A stretch of DNA of 64,000 nt from an uncultured delta proteobacterium (GTDB lineage: Bacteria; Myxococcota; UBA727; VGSZ01). Numbering within the stretch: position 1 is the stretch's first letter; every line of letters starts with the position of its first letter. The notes beneath the pieces were generated by a model. The model saw only the letters and a list, made by a program, of their open reading frames with translations. It searched no databases and was not told the origin of the DNA. A program made the position numbers and the translations under genes. Positions 17,366-27,606 of the stretch are shown here, in pieces. The DNA is taken from contig CAVZJB010000010.1 in NCBI GenBank assembly GCA_963775425.1, positions 31,361 to 95,360 on the forward strand. Direction: 5' to 3'.

Positions 17366-19834
17366 ATGCACCACGTCGCGTTCGTGCCCCGCCGGGTATG
17401 CGGGTCGCTCGCCGCCTGCGTCGTCGCGCTCGTCGCCGGCGGGTGCGTGTTCGAGGACGGCGCGCCCGACGGCGCCGTCATCCTGTGCGCCGGCGACGCG
17501 GACTGCCCGAGCGGCTCGCGCTGCGCCGTGGCGTCGCACGTGTGCGCGCAGCCCGGCGAGGTCGTCGACGTCGTCGCGCCGGCGCTCGTCGAGGCGCGCT
17601 TCGACCGCCGCTTCGTCTCCGAGGGCGCCGTCACGCTCACCGTGAGCGCGGACGAGGCGCTTGGCGCTCCGCCCGTCTTGTCGTGGCACGGCGACGATCC
17701 GGGATTCGCGCTCGTCGACTTCGCCGGCACCGACGCCCACTTCACCCTCGCCGACGCCGCCGCGCTCCCCGACGGCGTTTCGTTCACGCTCGCGTCCGTC
17801 ACCCTCGAAGACGCCGTCCACAACAGCGCGGAACGGGCGGCGCCCGTCGACGCCGTCCTGCTCGTCGACCGCACGCCGCCCGTCATCGCCGACCTGCGCG
17901 CCGAGCACGACGACCCCGCCGCGGCCGCGCTCCCGTTCTCGGCGCAACCGGGCACCGACGTCGTGGAGATCTCGTTCCTCGTCGGCGAGGACGTCGAGCC
18001 CGCGGACGCCACGGTGGCCCTCGGCACATGCGCGGTCTCGTCCGTGCCGCCGAGCGGAGGGCGCTTCGCCTTCACCGCCGCCATCACCGGCGGCTGCACC
18101 ACCAACGGCCAAGCCGACGTCATCGTCACCGTCCACGACCGCGCCGGGAACGTCGCCAGCGACGCAGCCCGCATCGACGTCGACCTCGCCGCCCCCGCGG
18201 CCAGCGCGGTGATCACGGTGCGGCGCCCGGGCTCGAGCGAGCCCGTGGCCGGCGCGCTCGCGGGCACCGACGTCGTCATCGACATCGCCTCCGACGAGGC
18301 CCTCGCCGCGGCCCCCGACGTCGCCTTCGACGGCGCCGCCCTCGCGCTCGACCCTGCGACGGTCCGGATCGACGAGGTCACCGCCGCCCGCTGGACGTTC
18401 CACGCGCGCGTGGCCGCCGTCGGCGACGGCGACAGCGCCGCCGTGCACGCCGGCCTCGTCGACCTGGTCGGAAACGCGAGCACCGTCGAGCTCGGCGCCG
18501 TCCCCCTCGCCACGGCAGTGGAGTCACCGTGCGTCGACGGCGGCGCGGGCTGCGTCGACTTCGACGGCGACAGCGATCCCGCGCTGTCCGCTTCCTGCAT
18601 CGGCGGCCGCGACGTCGACGACACCGATCCGCTCGTGCACTTCGGGGCCGAGGAGCTCCCCGGCGACGGCCTCGCCAACGACGGCGGCGACGGCGGCGAC
18701 CTGCCCATCGACGAGACCACCGGTGTCTTCGTCGACTTCGCGGCGCCCGCCGGCGGCGACGGCAGCCGCGCGGCGCCGCTCAACGACCTCGCGGCCGCGC
18801 AGCAGGCGCTCGGCACGCGCCGCTGGCTGTTCTTGCGTGTCGGCGGACCGTATCCGCTCGACGAGGAATTGGCCGCGAGCCTCCTCGGCGGCCTCGACGC
18901 CGACTGGCAGCGATCGGCGCTCACGAACACGCCCACGGCAGGCTCGCCGGCGGACCCGAGCCTCTCCCACGTTGCCTACCAGGCCGGGAGCATCTCGATG
19001 GGCGCCCGCGGCGGCGCCCAGGTCCTCGACGGCGTCGACTTCGACATGGTCTTCGACGTGTTCGCCGACTCACCGTTGGTAGTGCACCGCAGCAACGTTC
19101 ACTCGGGCGGCACCATCGATGCGCAGGCCTCCGTCCTCGCGTCCGCCGCCGTCTTCGAGAAGCTGGGCTTGAGCGGCAACTCCGGGCCTTCGCTGCTGTC
19201 GGGCTGCGACCTCGGAAACACCGTCACCGTCACGTCGGGTCAGCTCCTCGTCGTCGGCGCCCGACCCAACGACTTCGAGACCAGCGGCGACTTCAGCGTT
19301 CGCGCCGCCGCAGGGTCGCGCGTCGCCGTGGTCAACAGCGTGCTCGGCAGCGTGATCTGCGACGGCTGCGCCGCGCTCACGGTGGTCCACTCCACGCTGT
19401 TCGGTCAGACGAACACCTCGTCGGTGCTCTCCATCTCCGCGCCCGCGTCGACGGCGCTCATCGTCGACGACATCTTCACGTTCGTCGACGCCCCCGCGGT
19501 GACGTCGTTCATCGAGCTGAGCGGCGTCCCGGACGGCGGCGTCTCCATCAACAACAACCTGTTCGACGACGTCAATGTCCCGCTCCTCGCCGGAGACAGC
19601 TTCAGCGCCGCTGACGCAGCAGCGCTCAACGCCTGCGGGCCGCAGTGCGCGAACGCCGGCGGCAACTTCGTCGCCGGCCCCGCGCTCGCCGCGGACAAGA
19701 CCCACCTCACCGGCGTGAGCCCCGCCGCCGGCGCGGGCACCGCGGTCCCGGGCGCGCCCGCCGCGGCCGCCGCCGACGTCGACGGAGACTGTCGCCACGG
19801 CGACGCCGTCGCCGTCGGGCCCGACGAGCCCTGA
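17366..19834 (+). CDS. Large putative lipoprotein: Cys-rich N-terminus, Ig-like repeats, probable beta-helix C-terminus
   Basis: VAGGC lipobox-like; DRTPPVI and DRAGN Ig-like motifs; GDGSRAAP (DUF1565-like). Confidence 0.7.
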   Translation: MHHVAFVPRRVCGSLAACVVALVAGGCVFEDGAPDGAVILCAGDADCPSGSRCAVASHVCAQPGEVVDVVAPALVEARFDRRFVSEGAVTLTVSADEALGAPPVLSWHGDDPGFALVDFAGTDAHFTLADAAALPDGVSFTLASVTLEDAVHNSAERAAPVDAVLLVDRTPPVIADLRAEHDDPAAAALPFSAQPGTDVVEISFLVGEDVEPADATVALGTCAVSSVPPSGGRFAFTAAITGGCTTNGQADVIVTVHDRAGNVASDAARIDVDLAAPAASAVITVRRPGSSEPVAGALAGTDVVIDIASDEALAAAPDVAFDGAALALDPATVRIDEVTAARWTFHARVAAVGDGDSAAVHAGLVDLVGNASTVELGAVPLATAVESPCVDGGAGCVDFDGDSDPALSASCIGGRDVDDTDPLVHFGAEELPGDGLANDGGDGGDLPIDETTGVFVDFAAPAGGDGSRAAPLNDLAAAQQALGTRRWLFLRVGGPYPLDEELAASLLGGLDADWQRSALTNTPTAGSPADPSLSHVAYQAGSISMGARGGAQVLDGVDFDMVFDVFADSPLVVHRSNVHSGGTIDAQASVLASAAVFEKLGLSGNSGPSLLSGCDLGNTVTVTSGQLLVVGARPNDFETSGDFSVRAAAGSRVAVVNSVLGSVICDGCAALTVVHSTLFGQTNTSSVLSISAPASTALIVDDIFTFVDAPAVTSFIELSGVPDGGVSINNNLFDDVNVPLLAGDSFSAADAAALNACGPQCANAGGNFVAGPALAADKTHLTGVSPAAGAGTAVPGAPAAAAADVDGDCRHGDAVAVGPDEP

Positions 19835-19874
19835 CCCGGCGGGCGACGACGAGCGCCGCGCCGCCGCGCCGTCG

Positions 19875-20538
19875 TCACGCCGCGGGGCCGCGCACGATCT
19901 TGACGTTGAAGTCCGGCGTCTTCAGCGCGCCGAACATGCGCAGCCACAGCGGGAGGTACATCTCCAGGCCGCGGGACTGGCCGACGTCACCGAGATCGAT
20001 GACGTCCTTCCAGCCGAACCACTGCGTGAGGAATCTCGCGCACCTTGCTCTTGGCGCCGGCGTCGTTGCCGCACATGAACATGGTGTGGTCGCCACCGGC
20101 GAGCTTGCCCGGCTCGATCATCAACCCACAGTTCACGGTATTCAGCGTCTTGACGACGTGGGCGTCGGGGAACGCCTTCTGGATGCGCTCGCCGACGGAG
20201 TCGTCGTTGCACACCGAGAGGGTGGGCGGCATGCCCTTGGAGAAGTCGAGCGAATTCGAGATGTCGACGATGGTCTTGCCCTTGAGGTTGCCCTCGCCCG
20301 CCGCCTTGAGCGCGTCAAGCGACGCGCCGCCGGCGGTGCAGTTGAAGACCACCTCGCCGAACGCGGCGGCGTCGGCGAAGGTACCGGTGGAGGCCTTTGC
20401 CCCCGCCTCCTTCACCCACGCGACGGCCTTCTCGTTCGTGGCCGTGCGCGAGCCCATCTTCACCTCGTGACCGAGCGCGACGAGCTTGTTGCCGATGGCC
20501 TGCCCGACCATTCCCGTTCCCAATACAGCGATCTTCAT
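19875..20538 (-). pseudogene. F420-dependent NADP oxidoreductase family gene with a single-base frameshift near 20033 (real or sequencing error)
   Basis: MKIAVLGTGMVG Rossmann start with SD AAGGAGG; IVDISNSL and VVKTLNT; C-terminus [15 protein letters not shown]...LPLWL is in another frame. Confidence 0.8.
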
Positions 20539-20592
20539 ATCCGCCTCCTTGCCCTTCGTGGGACGGCTCGACTGTCGCCACCCTCCGGCGCG

Positions 20593-20638
20593 TTGACAAG
20601 GGCGCCGGACGCACCGTAGCGTCAACCTGAGGTTGACG
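20593..20638 (+). promoter_or_regulatory. Putative sigma70 promoter and palindromic operator between the divergent genes
   Basis: TTGACA (20593)-N18-TAGCGT; perfect inverted repeat CGTCAACCT-G-AGGTTGACG at 20620-20638. Confidence 0.55.
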
Positions 20639-21532
20639 ATGCGCGCCGCCGCCGAGCTCGACGTGTTCCGCGGCGTGGTGCCGTTCGTCGCCGTCGTCGA
20701 GGAGCTGAGCTTCCGCAGAGCGGCCGTGCGCCTCGGCGTCACCTCCGCCGCCGTCAGCAAGGCCGTGCAGACGCTCGAGGGCGAGCTCGGCGTGAAGCTG
20801 CTCGAGCGCACCTCGCGCGCGGTGTCCGTCACGCGCGAGGGCGTGCTGTTCTATGAGCGCTGCCGCGGCGCCGTCGCCGCCGTCGCCGGCGCGCGCGAGG
20901 AGACGGTGGCCTCGCGGCGCGCGCCGCAGGGCGAGGCCACCGTCTCGTCGCCGTTCATCGTCGCGCCGACGGTGGTCGCCGCGATGGCGCGGCTGCGCGA
21001 GCGCCACCCGCGGCTCACGGTGCGCCTCCAGGTCAGCGATCAGCTCGCCAAGCTCGCCTTCGCCCGCGTCGACGTCGCCGTGCGCATCGGAGCCGCCGAC
21101 GAGAGCCTGGTGGCGCACCCGTTGCGCGGCACGCGCTGGGTGACGGTGGCGTCGCCTGCGTACCTCGCGCGCCGCGGAGTCCCCGCGCGCGCCGCGGACC
21201 TCGCCGCCCACGACTGCCTTGTCTTCCTCGCGCCCAACGGTCGCCCGCGCGCCTGGTCCTTCGCCACCGACGCGCGCGCGGCGGCGCGTCCGCAAGCGGC
21301 GCTGCTCGTCGACCACGGCCCCTCCCTCCTCGACGCCGCGCGCGCGGGGATGGGCGTCGCGCAGGTGCTCGACTTCATGGTCGAGGAAGACCTGCGCGCC
21401 GGGCGCCTCCTCGAAGTGCTCGCCGACGACGCCGTCGCCGGCCCGCCGCTGCGCGCCCTCTCGCTGCCGGGCCGCCGATCGCCGAACGTCCGCGCCATCG
21501 TCGCCGCGCTCGGGGAAGCGTTCACGCGCTGA
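20639..21532 (+). CDS. LysR family transcriptional regulator
   Basis: SFRRAAVRLGVTSAAVSKAVQTLEGELGVKLLERTSR; DVAVRIG. Confidence 0.95.
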   Translation: MRAAAELDVFRGVVPFVAVVEELSFRRAAVRLGVTSAAVSKAVQTLEGELGVKLLERTSRAVSVTREGVLFYERCRGAVAAVAGAREETVASRRAPQGEATVSSPFIVAPTVVAAMARLRERHPRLTVRLQVSDQLAKLAFARVDVAVRIGAADESLVAHPLRGTRWVTVASPAYLARRGVPARAADLAAHDCLVFLAPNGRPRAWSFATDARAAARPQAALLVDHGPSLLDAARAGMGVAQVLDFMVEEDLRAGRLLEVLADDAVAGPPLRALSLPGRRSPNVRAIVAALGEAFTR

Positions 21533-21570
21533 GCTCCGTTCCCACCGCCGCGGCGGCGGTGACGCCGCGC

Positions 21571-22761
21571 TCAGCCGTCGACCTGGTCGGTGGCGAGCTT
21601 CAGCGCGCCGCTCGCGGTGCGGTCGAAGTAAAGGACGTGGCTGTTGTCGTCGACGTCGCGCCAGGCGGCGACCTCGTAGCTCTTGCCGTCCGTGGAGCGC
21701 GTGAAGTTGCCGACGGCGAGCGTGCCCTGCGCGCGCGGGCCGATGCCGACCGCGCCGCGCGCGTCGGCCTGGAATTGGAAGCCGGTGGGCCAGAGCACCT
21801 CGAGCGCCGCGGTGGCCACCTCGCGCTGGGCCGGGGTCAGGGCCGTGCTGCCGAAGTCAATCTCGCGGAGGTCACCGCCGCTCGAGCGCATCTCGCCCTG
21901 GTTGATGACGACGTCGCCGGGCCACCCTTGCGGCGGCTGCCCCGCGGCCGCGCGCTCGACGGCCTCGCTCATGCCGTCCTCGACCGTGGGCGCATCGAGG
22001 GCGAAGAACCGCGCGTGGAGCCGGTCGCGACCGAAGAACGGATCAAAGCGGAGATCGGCGCCGTCCCACAGCCGCGCCGACGCCAGGCCGTTGCCGCTCG
22101 CGTCGAAGACCTCGAGGTGCTCGTCGTGCCCGTCCGTCGTCGTGTAGAGCACGAACGCGTCCACGCCGCCGACCTTGCCTTGGTGCAGCGACGTCGTGCA
22201 GCCCGCCGAAGCGCCGCGCGCGAAGGAGTCCCAGGCCGCGACCACCGCCGCCGGCACGCGGCTGCGATCCGCGTGGCCGGGCCGCACGTCGAGGACCGTG
22301 CCGCCCGGGATGCCGGCGTTGTGAAAACCGCCGGCGCGGAAGTCGAACGTCGCCACGCCGGCCTTCACCGCGGCGACGGGGTCGACCGGCGTCCCGCGCC
22401 CGCGCACGCGGAGCATGGCGAGCTCGGTGAGCGCCCCGAGCGCGGGGTCGGCCTGCTTGATGGCGGCCACCTCCGCGTTGGACAACCAGACGCCGTCGCG
22501 GCCCTCGTTGTTGGCGTTGAAGGCGCCCCAGGTGCGTTCGCTGTCGCTGGTGGCGCGCTCGACGAGCGCGTCCACATGGACGCGGGTGCCCTTGCCGCCG
22601 TCTCGCCGGATCTCCTGGTCGGCCCGCTGCAGGACGGGGTCGAGCTTCTTGGCCTCGACCCTGGACACGAGCGTGTTGCCGCCTGCGCCGGCCTCCGCTC
22701 TCTCGCGGAGGATGTCTCGCAGGGCAAGCTTGGCGTCTTTGGTGTGCACGCGGTTCGGCAT
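21571..22761 (-). CDS. Hypothetical protein
   Basis: 396-aa ORF from MPNRVHTK with GGAG SD; host codon usage. Confidence 0.7.
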   Translation of the reverse strand: MPNRVHTKDAKLALRDILRERAEAGAGGNTLVSRVEAKKLDPVLQRADQEIRRDGGKGTRVHVDALVERATSDSERTWGAFNANNEGRDGVWLSNAEVAAIKQADPALGALTELAMLRVRGRGTPVDPVAAVKAGVATFDFRAGGFHNAGIPGGTVLDVRPGHADRSRVPAAVVAAWDSFARGASAGCTTSLHQGKVGGVDAFVLYTTTDGHDEHLEVFDASGNGLASARLWDGADLRFDPFFGRDRLHARFFALDAPTVEDGMSEAVERAAAGQPPQGWPGDVVINQGEMRSSGGDLREIDFGSTALTPAQREVATAALEVLWPTGFQFQADARGAVGIGPRAQGTLAVGNFTRSTDGKSYEVAAWRDVDDNSHVLYFDRTASGALKLATDQVDG

Positions 22762-22859
22762 GGGTGTCTCCGCCTCGAGCCTACCGCACCGTGGCGAGCG
22801 CGTGCCGCCGCGCATCGTTGGCAGCTCCCGTGCGGCGACGTACAGAGCGGGGAGCCGAG

Positions 22860-24122
22860 ATGAAGATCCTGCTCGTCGCCAGCACGTTCCCCGCGTCTGA
22901 AGGAGACGCCGCGCCGGCGTTCGTGAAGGACCTCGTCATCGCGCTCAAGCGCGCGCACCCGGAGCTCGAGATCGACGTGCTCGCGCCGCAGGTCCTCGAT
23001 CGCACGGCGACGTTCACGAGGCGCGGGCAGTACGACGAGTACCGCTTCCCCTACTTCCTGCCGCGCTCCGGGCAGAAGCTCGCCGGCCGCGGCATCGTGC
23101 CCGCGCTCGAGCAGAACCGCGCGCTGCTCCTTCAGGTGCCGTTCCTGTTCGCGGGCGAAGGCCTCGCCCTGTGGCGGCACGTCAAGCGCCACAAGCCCGA
23201 CGTCATCTACGCGCATTGGTTCACGCCGCAGGGCGTGATGGCCGCGCTCGTCTCGAGCGTCACCGGCGTGCCGTGGGTGCTCACGAGCCACGCCAACGAC
23301 GTGCGCGTCTGGAGCAAGCTCCCCGTCGTTGGGCGCGGCATCGTGCGCCGGCTGCTGCCGCGCGCGCGCCGGCTGACCGCGGTGAGCGCCGCCACGCGCG
23401 ACAAGATGCGCGCGTTCTTCTCCGACGCCGAGTGGGCGGCGCTGGCGGCGCGGGTCGAGATCCTGCCCATGGGCGTCGACGTCGCGTCGCTGGGCCGGGC
23501 GCGGACGGAGACGCCTGCGGCGTTGAAGGCACGCCACGAGCTCGCCGGCCGCTGGGTCATCACCTTCGTGGGACGCCTCGCGGAGAAGAAGGGCGTCTCG
23601 TTCCTGCTCGAGGCCGTGGCGCGGCTCCCGCACAAGGAGCGGGTGGCGCTCGTGGTCGCCGGCGACGGCCCCCTGCGCGCGACGCTGGAGGCGCAGGCGA
23701 AGGCGCTCGGCCTCGCCGGGATCGTCCGATTCGTCGGTTTTGTAACCGGCGAAACGAAGCTAGACCTGCTCCACCTCGCCGACGTCGTCGTGGTGCCGTC
23801 CATCGAGACCGCCTCCGGCGACAGCGAGGGCTTCCCCGTCGTCATCATGGAGGCGCTCGCGGCCGGAAAGCTCTGTATCGCGTCCGACGCCACCGGCGCC
23901 GAGGGCGTGCTCGTCGACGGCGAGACGGGCTTCGTGGTGCCGCAGAAGGACGCGGCGGCGCTGGCGGCCAAGCTCGAGCACGCGCTCGCCCTCGACGAGG
24001 CCACGCGGGAGGCCATCGCCGCCCGCGGCCGCGCCGCGGTGCAAGCGCTCGACTGGGCGGAGATCGCGCGCCGCACGTACGACTTCCTGCTCGCGCCGCT
24101 CGGTCGAGCTACGGGCGGGTGA
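22860..24122 (+). CDS. Glycosyltransferase family 4
   Basis: FVGRLAEKKG and EGFPVVIMEALAAG motifs. Confidence 0.93.
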   Translation: MKILLVASTFPASEGDAAPAFVKDLVIALKRAHPELEIDVLAPQVLDRTATFTRRGQYDEYRFPYFLPRSGQKLAGRGIVPALEQNRALLLQVPFLFAGEGLALWRHVKRHKPDVIYAHWFTPQGVMAALVSSVTGVPWVLTSHANDVRVWSKLPVVGRGIVRRLLPRARRLTAVSAATRDKMRAFFSDAEWAALAARVEILPMGVDVASLGRARTETPAALKARHELAGRWVITFVGRLAEKKGVSFLLEAVARLPHKERVALVVAGDGPLRATLEAQAKALGLAGIVRFVGFVTGETKLDLLHLADVVVVPSIETASGDSEGFPVVIMEALAAGKLCIASDATGAEGVLVDGETGFVVPQKDAAALAAKLEHALALDEATREAIAARGRAAVQALDWAEIARRTYDFLLAPLGRATGG

Positions 24123-25275
24123 AGCGGGTGGCGAGCTCGGCGACGAGGGCGTCGTGGGCGCGCGCCAGCGCCGGCAGCCGGGCCTCGATCCGCGAAAACA
24201 GCCGGCGCGGATCTTCGTGGAGCTCGAGCACCTGCGCGCGCACCTTGCCGACGTCGAAGCGCCGCGCGTCGTGGACCCACTCGGAGATGCCGAGGTCCTC
24301 GTACGCGCCGTAGCCCTTGCGCTCGTACGACAGGTGGATCGCCGGCCACCCGGCCAGGAGAGACGCGATGGCGCCGTGCAGCCGGACCGACACCACCACG
24401 CCCGGCGTGTGTCGCGGCAGGAGCGCGCCGAGGTCGCCGGCGTCGGGGAGGCGGAGCGCGCGCAGGAACTGGCGATCGCTGCGCGGGCCGTCGACGTCCG
24501 CCTGCACCGCCCACAGGGGCGAAGGCACGGTGGACCCGAGCTCGCGCAGGCGATCGTGGTAGCCGGGCGCCCTTGGCAGCTCGCGACCGACGACGACGGT
24601 GGGCCCGCCCGCGCCGCCGCTCGGCATCGGGATGCCCGCGAGGGACTCGGCGAGCCGCAGCACGGCGAGGTCGGGACAGCGACGCACGTCGGTGACGCCG
24701 GCGAGCTCGGCGAGGGTCTCGTCGTCGCGGGCGTACACGACGTCGATGCGGGACAGCGCGCGACGCGCCAGCTCCCCCACCGGGCCGCGCAGCGGACCGA
24801 TGCTCTGCGGCAGGTAGATCGACGGCACGCGCGCGCGGCCGGCGGCGAGGAGCTGCGGCATGTGGTTGAGGAGCACGCCGCCCTGTCGCACCACCGAGTC
24901 CGCGACGAGGTAGCCGCCGCCCACGGCGACGACGCCGTCGACGCCCTCGAGCATCGCGCCGACCTCGCCGGCGAGCCTCGCCGTGATGGACGGGACGGCG
25001 GCCTTGAGCGGCGCGCGGTCGACGAGCTCCGCGGCGCCGGCGCGCAGCGCTTCGAGCGCGGCGCCCGCCAGGCGGCGCGAGGGGCGCGCCCCACGCGGCT
25101 CGCCGGGGACGGCGCGCACGTCTGCGAGGTCGGCGAAGGAGGCCGCGTCGAGGGCCAGGATCCGACAGGCGCGCGCATCGAGCCCCGCCTGCTCGAGGAC
25201 GCGGAGCGTGAGGTCGACGAGCAGGCCGTCGCCCGCGTTCTTCCGGCTGAAGGCGTGCAGGACGGCCAGCGTCAT
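24109..25275 (-). CDS. Polysaccharide pyruvyl transferase family protein
   Basis: NAGD, GGGY, QSIGP and SVRLHGAI motifs. Confidence 0.85.
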   Translation of the reverse strand: MTLAVLHAFSRKNAGDGLLVDLTLRVLEQAGLDARACRILALDAASFADLADVRAVPGEPRGARPSRRLAGAALEALRAGAAELVDRAPLKAAVPSITARLAGEVGAMLEGVDGVVAVGGGYLVADSVVRQGGVLLNHMPQLLAAGRARVPSIYLPQSIGPLRGPVGELARRALSRIDVVYARDDETLAELAGVTDVRRCPDLAVLRLAESLAGIPMPSGGAGGPTVVVGRELPRAPGYHDRLRELGSTVPSPLWAVQADVDGPRSDRQFLRALRLPDAGDLGALLPRHTPGVVVSVRLHGAIASLLAGWPAIHLSYERKGYGAYEDLGISEWVHDARRFDVGKVRAQVLELHEDPRRLFSRIEARLPALARAHDALVAELATRFTRP

Positions 25276-26858
25276 CGCGGCGGGGTCCAGGTCGGCGTGT
25301 GGCGCGGGAGGACGGGCACGGCGTCGTCGCCGCGGCCGCACCAGTAGATCCACGTGCCGGGCAGCGCGCGCTTGATGTGGCGCGCACAGCCCTCTGTCAT
25401 CCGTGCCTCCGTGAAGCGCGCCGTGCTCCACTTGCCGTCGACGACCCAGAAGCTGTCGGGTCCGGCCATGATGTCGGTCAGGAGCTTCTGCCACCCGGGG
25501 TCGCGCCCGACGCTGCAGCGCAGCTCGACCGGCGGCTGCAGGATCGCCTGCAGCTCCTCCTTGGCCGTCGCGTGGTACTTCCTGTAGTAGCTGAGCACGC
25601 TGCACGCCTGACCGTCGAGCGCGATGGTGACGTCGTGATCGGGCGTCCCGACGGCGCCATGGACCAAGCGCATCGCGCGGAGCACCGAAGCCCTGCGCGA
25701 GAGGGTGCCGGGGCCTTTGCAGCGGAATTCCTCGAGCTGGACGGGCGCCGCCTGCGCCAGGACCAGCGCCGTGACGACGACGACGGCGCCCGCGCTGCCA
25801 CGGCGCCGGCGCACGAGGGCGTCGACGGCGTTCAGCCCGAAGGCGGCGAGCGCCAACGCGTAGACCAGCATGAACAGGTTGGTGCGGAACACGCCGTACG
25901 GCCACTGCCCCGCCATGTTGAAGACGAGGAAGACGCCCCACGGCAGCGCGAACAACAGGGGCCACAGCGACGCCGGGCGCCCACGGCGCACGCCTGCCAG
26001 CAAGGCGCCGAGGCCGACGAGGCCGAGCACGATCGAAAACGGCTCGACCCGCGGCTGCATCCCCCACCACAGGCGCAGCCCGCCCGGGAACGAGAGCAGG
26101 TGCGCGGTCTTTCGCACGGTCCACCAGACGTGACCGAGGAAGCTCTTACCGACGTAGAACACGCCATAGGCGTGGCCCCAGTACGCGGGGTGCGGGTCCG
26201 CATCGCGCAGCCGGAGCGCGAAGACCACGGCGAGCGCGGCGAGCGTGGCGACGACGCCGGCCACGGCCACGCCGACGTCGACGCGCCGCTTCTCCTTGAG
26301 CGCGTGCCAGCCCACCGCGAGGAACAACCCCGGATAGAGGAACACCGTGCTCCACGAAAACGGCGGCGACATCGCCGCCAGCAGCGCGAGGCCGACGAGC
26401 GTGATCGTGCGCGGGCGCAGGAGGTAGCTCACCGCCAGGAGCAACAGCGCCGTGTGCAGGCAGGACTCGAGCGCGTAGGGCTTGAACTCCTTCGCGAAGG
26501 CGACCGCCGCCGGGTGAACGGCGAGCGCGAACGTCGCCGCGACGGCGATCCACGGCTGCACCACGCGCCGCAGCAACAGGAAGAACAGCGGCAACTGCAA
26601 GAGCGCCGCCGCCATCGAGAGAGCGCGCAGCGTGACCTCGGTGTTGTGCACCGAGATGATGACGCGGGTGAGCCACATGTAGCCCGGCGGGCGGATCCAC
26701 CCGACCTGGCCCTCGACGAGCTTGTTGGCCCACCACGCCTCGTCGGCCCACAGCTCGCAGCTCGACATGCCGCGCAGCCGCAGGAACGCGCCCAGCGCGA
26801 TGACGACGAGCGCGGCCGCGGCGACGGGAGACAGGGGCCAGCGCGCGCGCGCGGACAT
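25272..26858 (-). CDS. GT-C / PMT-like (family 39-like) membrane glycosyltransferase
   Basis: LWADEAW after the first TM; RPPGY; EFKPYA; many TM helices. Confidence 0.78.
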   Translation of the reverse strand: MSARARWPLSPVAAAALVVIALGAFLRLRGMSSCELWADEAWWANKLVEGQVGWIRPPGYMWLTRVIISVHNTEVTLRALSMAAALLQLPLFFLLLRRVVQPWIAVAATFALAVHPAAVAFAKEFKPYALESCLHTALLLLAVSYLLRPRTITLVGLALLAAMSPPFSWSTVFLYPGLFLAVGWHALKEKRRVDVGVAVAGVVATLAALAVVFALRLRDADPHPAYWGHAYGVFYVGKSFLGHVWWTVRKTAHLLSFPGGLRLWWGMQPRVEPFSIVLGLVGLGALLAGVRRGRPASLWPLLFALPWGVFLVFNMAGQWPYGVFRTNLFMLVYALALAAFGLNAVDALVRRRRGSAGAVVVVTALVLAQAAPVQLEEFRCKGPGTLSRRASVLRAMRLVHGAVGTPDHDVTIALDGQACSVLSYYRKYHATAKEELQAILQPPVELRCSVGRDPGWQKLLTDIMAGPDSFWVVDGKWSTARFTEARMTEGCARHIKRALPGTWIYWCGRGDDAVPVLPRHTPTWTPPR

Positions 26859-26864
26859 GGCCGC

Positions 26865-27593
26865 TCACTCCCCGTTCGCGGGCTTTTGGGCGACGGCGAC
26901 GACGCCGAGCGGCAGCAGATGCCCCCGATCGACGCTGCCGTCGATGCGCGGCAACAGCATGGCCCACGGCGCGTTGGCGGCCAGGGCCACGGCGCCGACC
27001 CCGGGCAGCCCGATGGTGGCGCCGAGCGCCAGGACGCTCACCTGGTGATGCAGGAGCGACAAGATGCCGCCGTACGTCGACAGCGCGAGCACGTCGAAGC
27101 CGGCGCGCTCGAGCAGCGCGCGCACGCCCTCCTGGGTGTAGCGGAAGTAGTCGTGCGGCAGCTCGTGGCGGCGCGCGAGGTGCGGGACGGACAACAACAG
27201 CTTTCCGCCGGGGCGGAGCTTGCGTTTCATCTGCGCGAGCGCGCGCTCTGGCTCGGGGACGTGCTCGAGCACCTGGCTGCAGTAGAGCGTGTCGTAGGCG
27301 TCGTCCTCGACGGCGCTCATGTCGAGCACGTCGCCTTCGTGGGTGGGCCGAAACGTGCCGCGCGGCGCGCGCTCGAGGGACTCGTAGCGGACGCCGGCGG
27401 CCTCGAGCACCTTCTGCCAGCCGCCGCGGCCGGCGCCGACGTCGAGGGTGCGGCCCGCGGCGTGCGCGCGGATCATCTCGACGCAGCACCGGTAGTGGCT
27501 GTACGTGCCGGCGGAGAACCAGCGGTTCCAGCGGTCGTCCACATGGGGGTGCCGATCCAGGAAGCGTTCGCGTGCGTTCTTCAGCGCCTGCAC
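26865..27593 (-). CDS. Class I SAM-dependent methyltransferase
   Basis: LDVGAG, VLEHVPEP, LRPGG and PHDYFRYT; GTG start after GGAGG. Confidence 0.88.
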   Translation of the reverse strand: MQALKNARERFLDRHPHVDDRWNRWFSAGTYSHYRCCVEMIRAHAAGRTLDVGAGRGGWQKVLEAAGVRYESLERAPRGTFRPTHEGDVLDMSAVEDDAYDTLYCSQVLEHVPEPERALAQMKRKLRPGGKLLLSVPHLARRHELPHDYFRYTQEGVRALLERAGFDVLALSTYGGILSLLHHQVSVLALGATIGLPGVGAVALAANAPWAMLLPRIDGSVDRGHLLPLGVVAVAQKPANGE

Positions 27594-27606
27594 ATGCACC
27601 TCCCGC

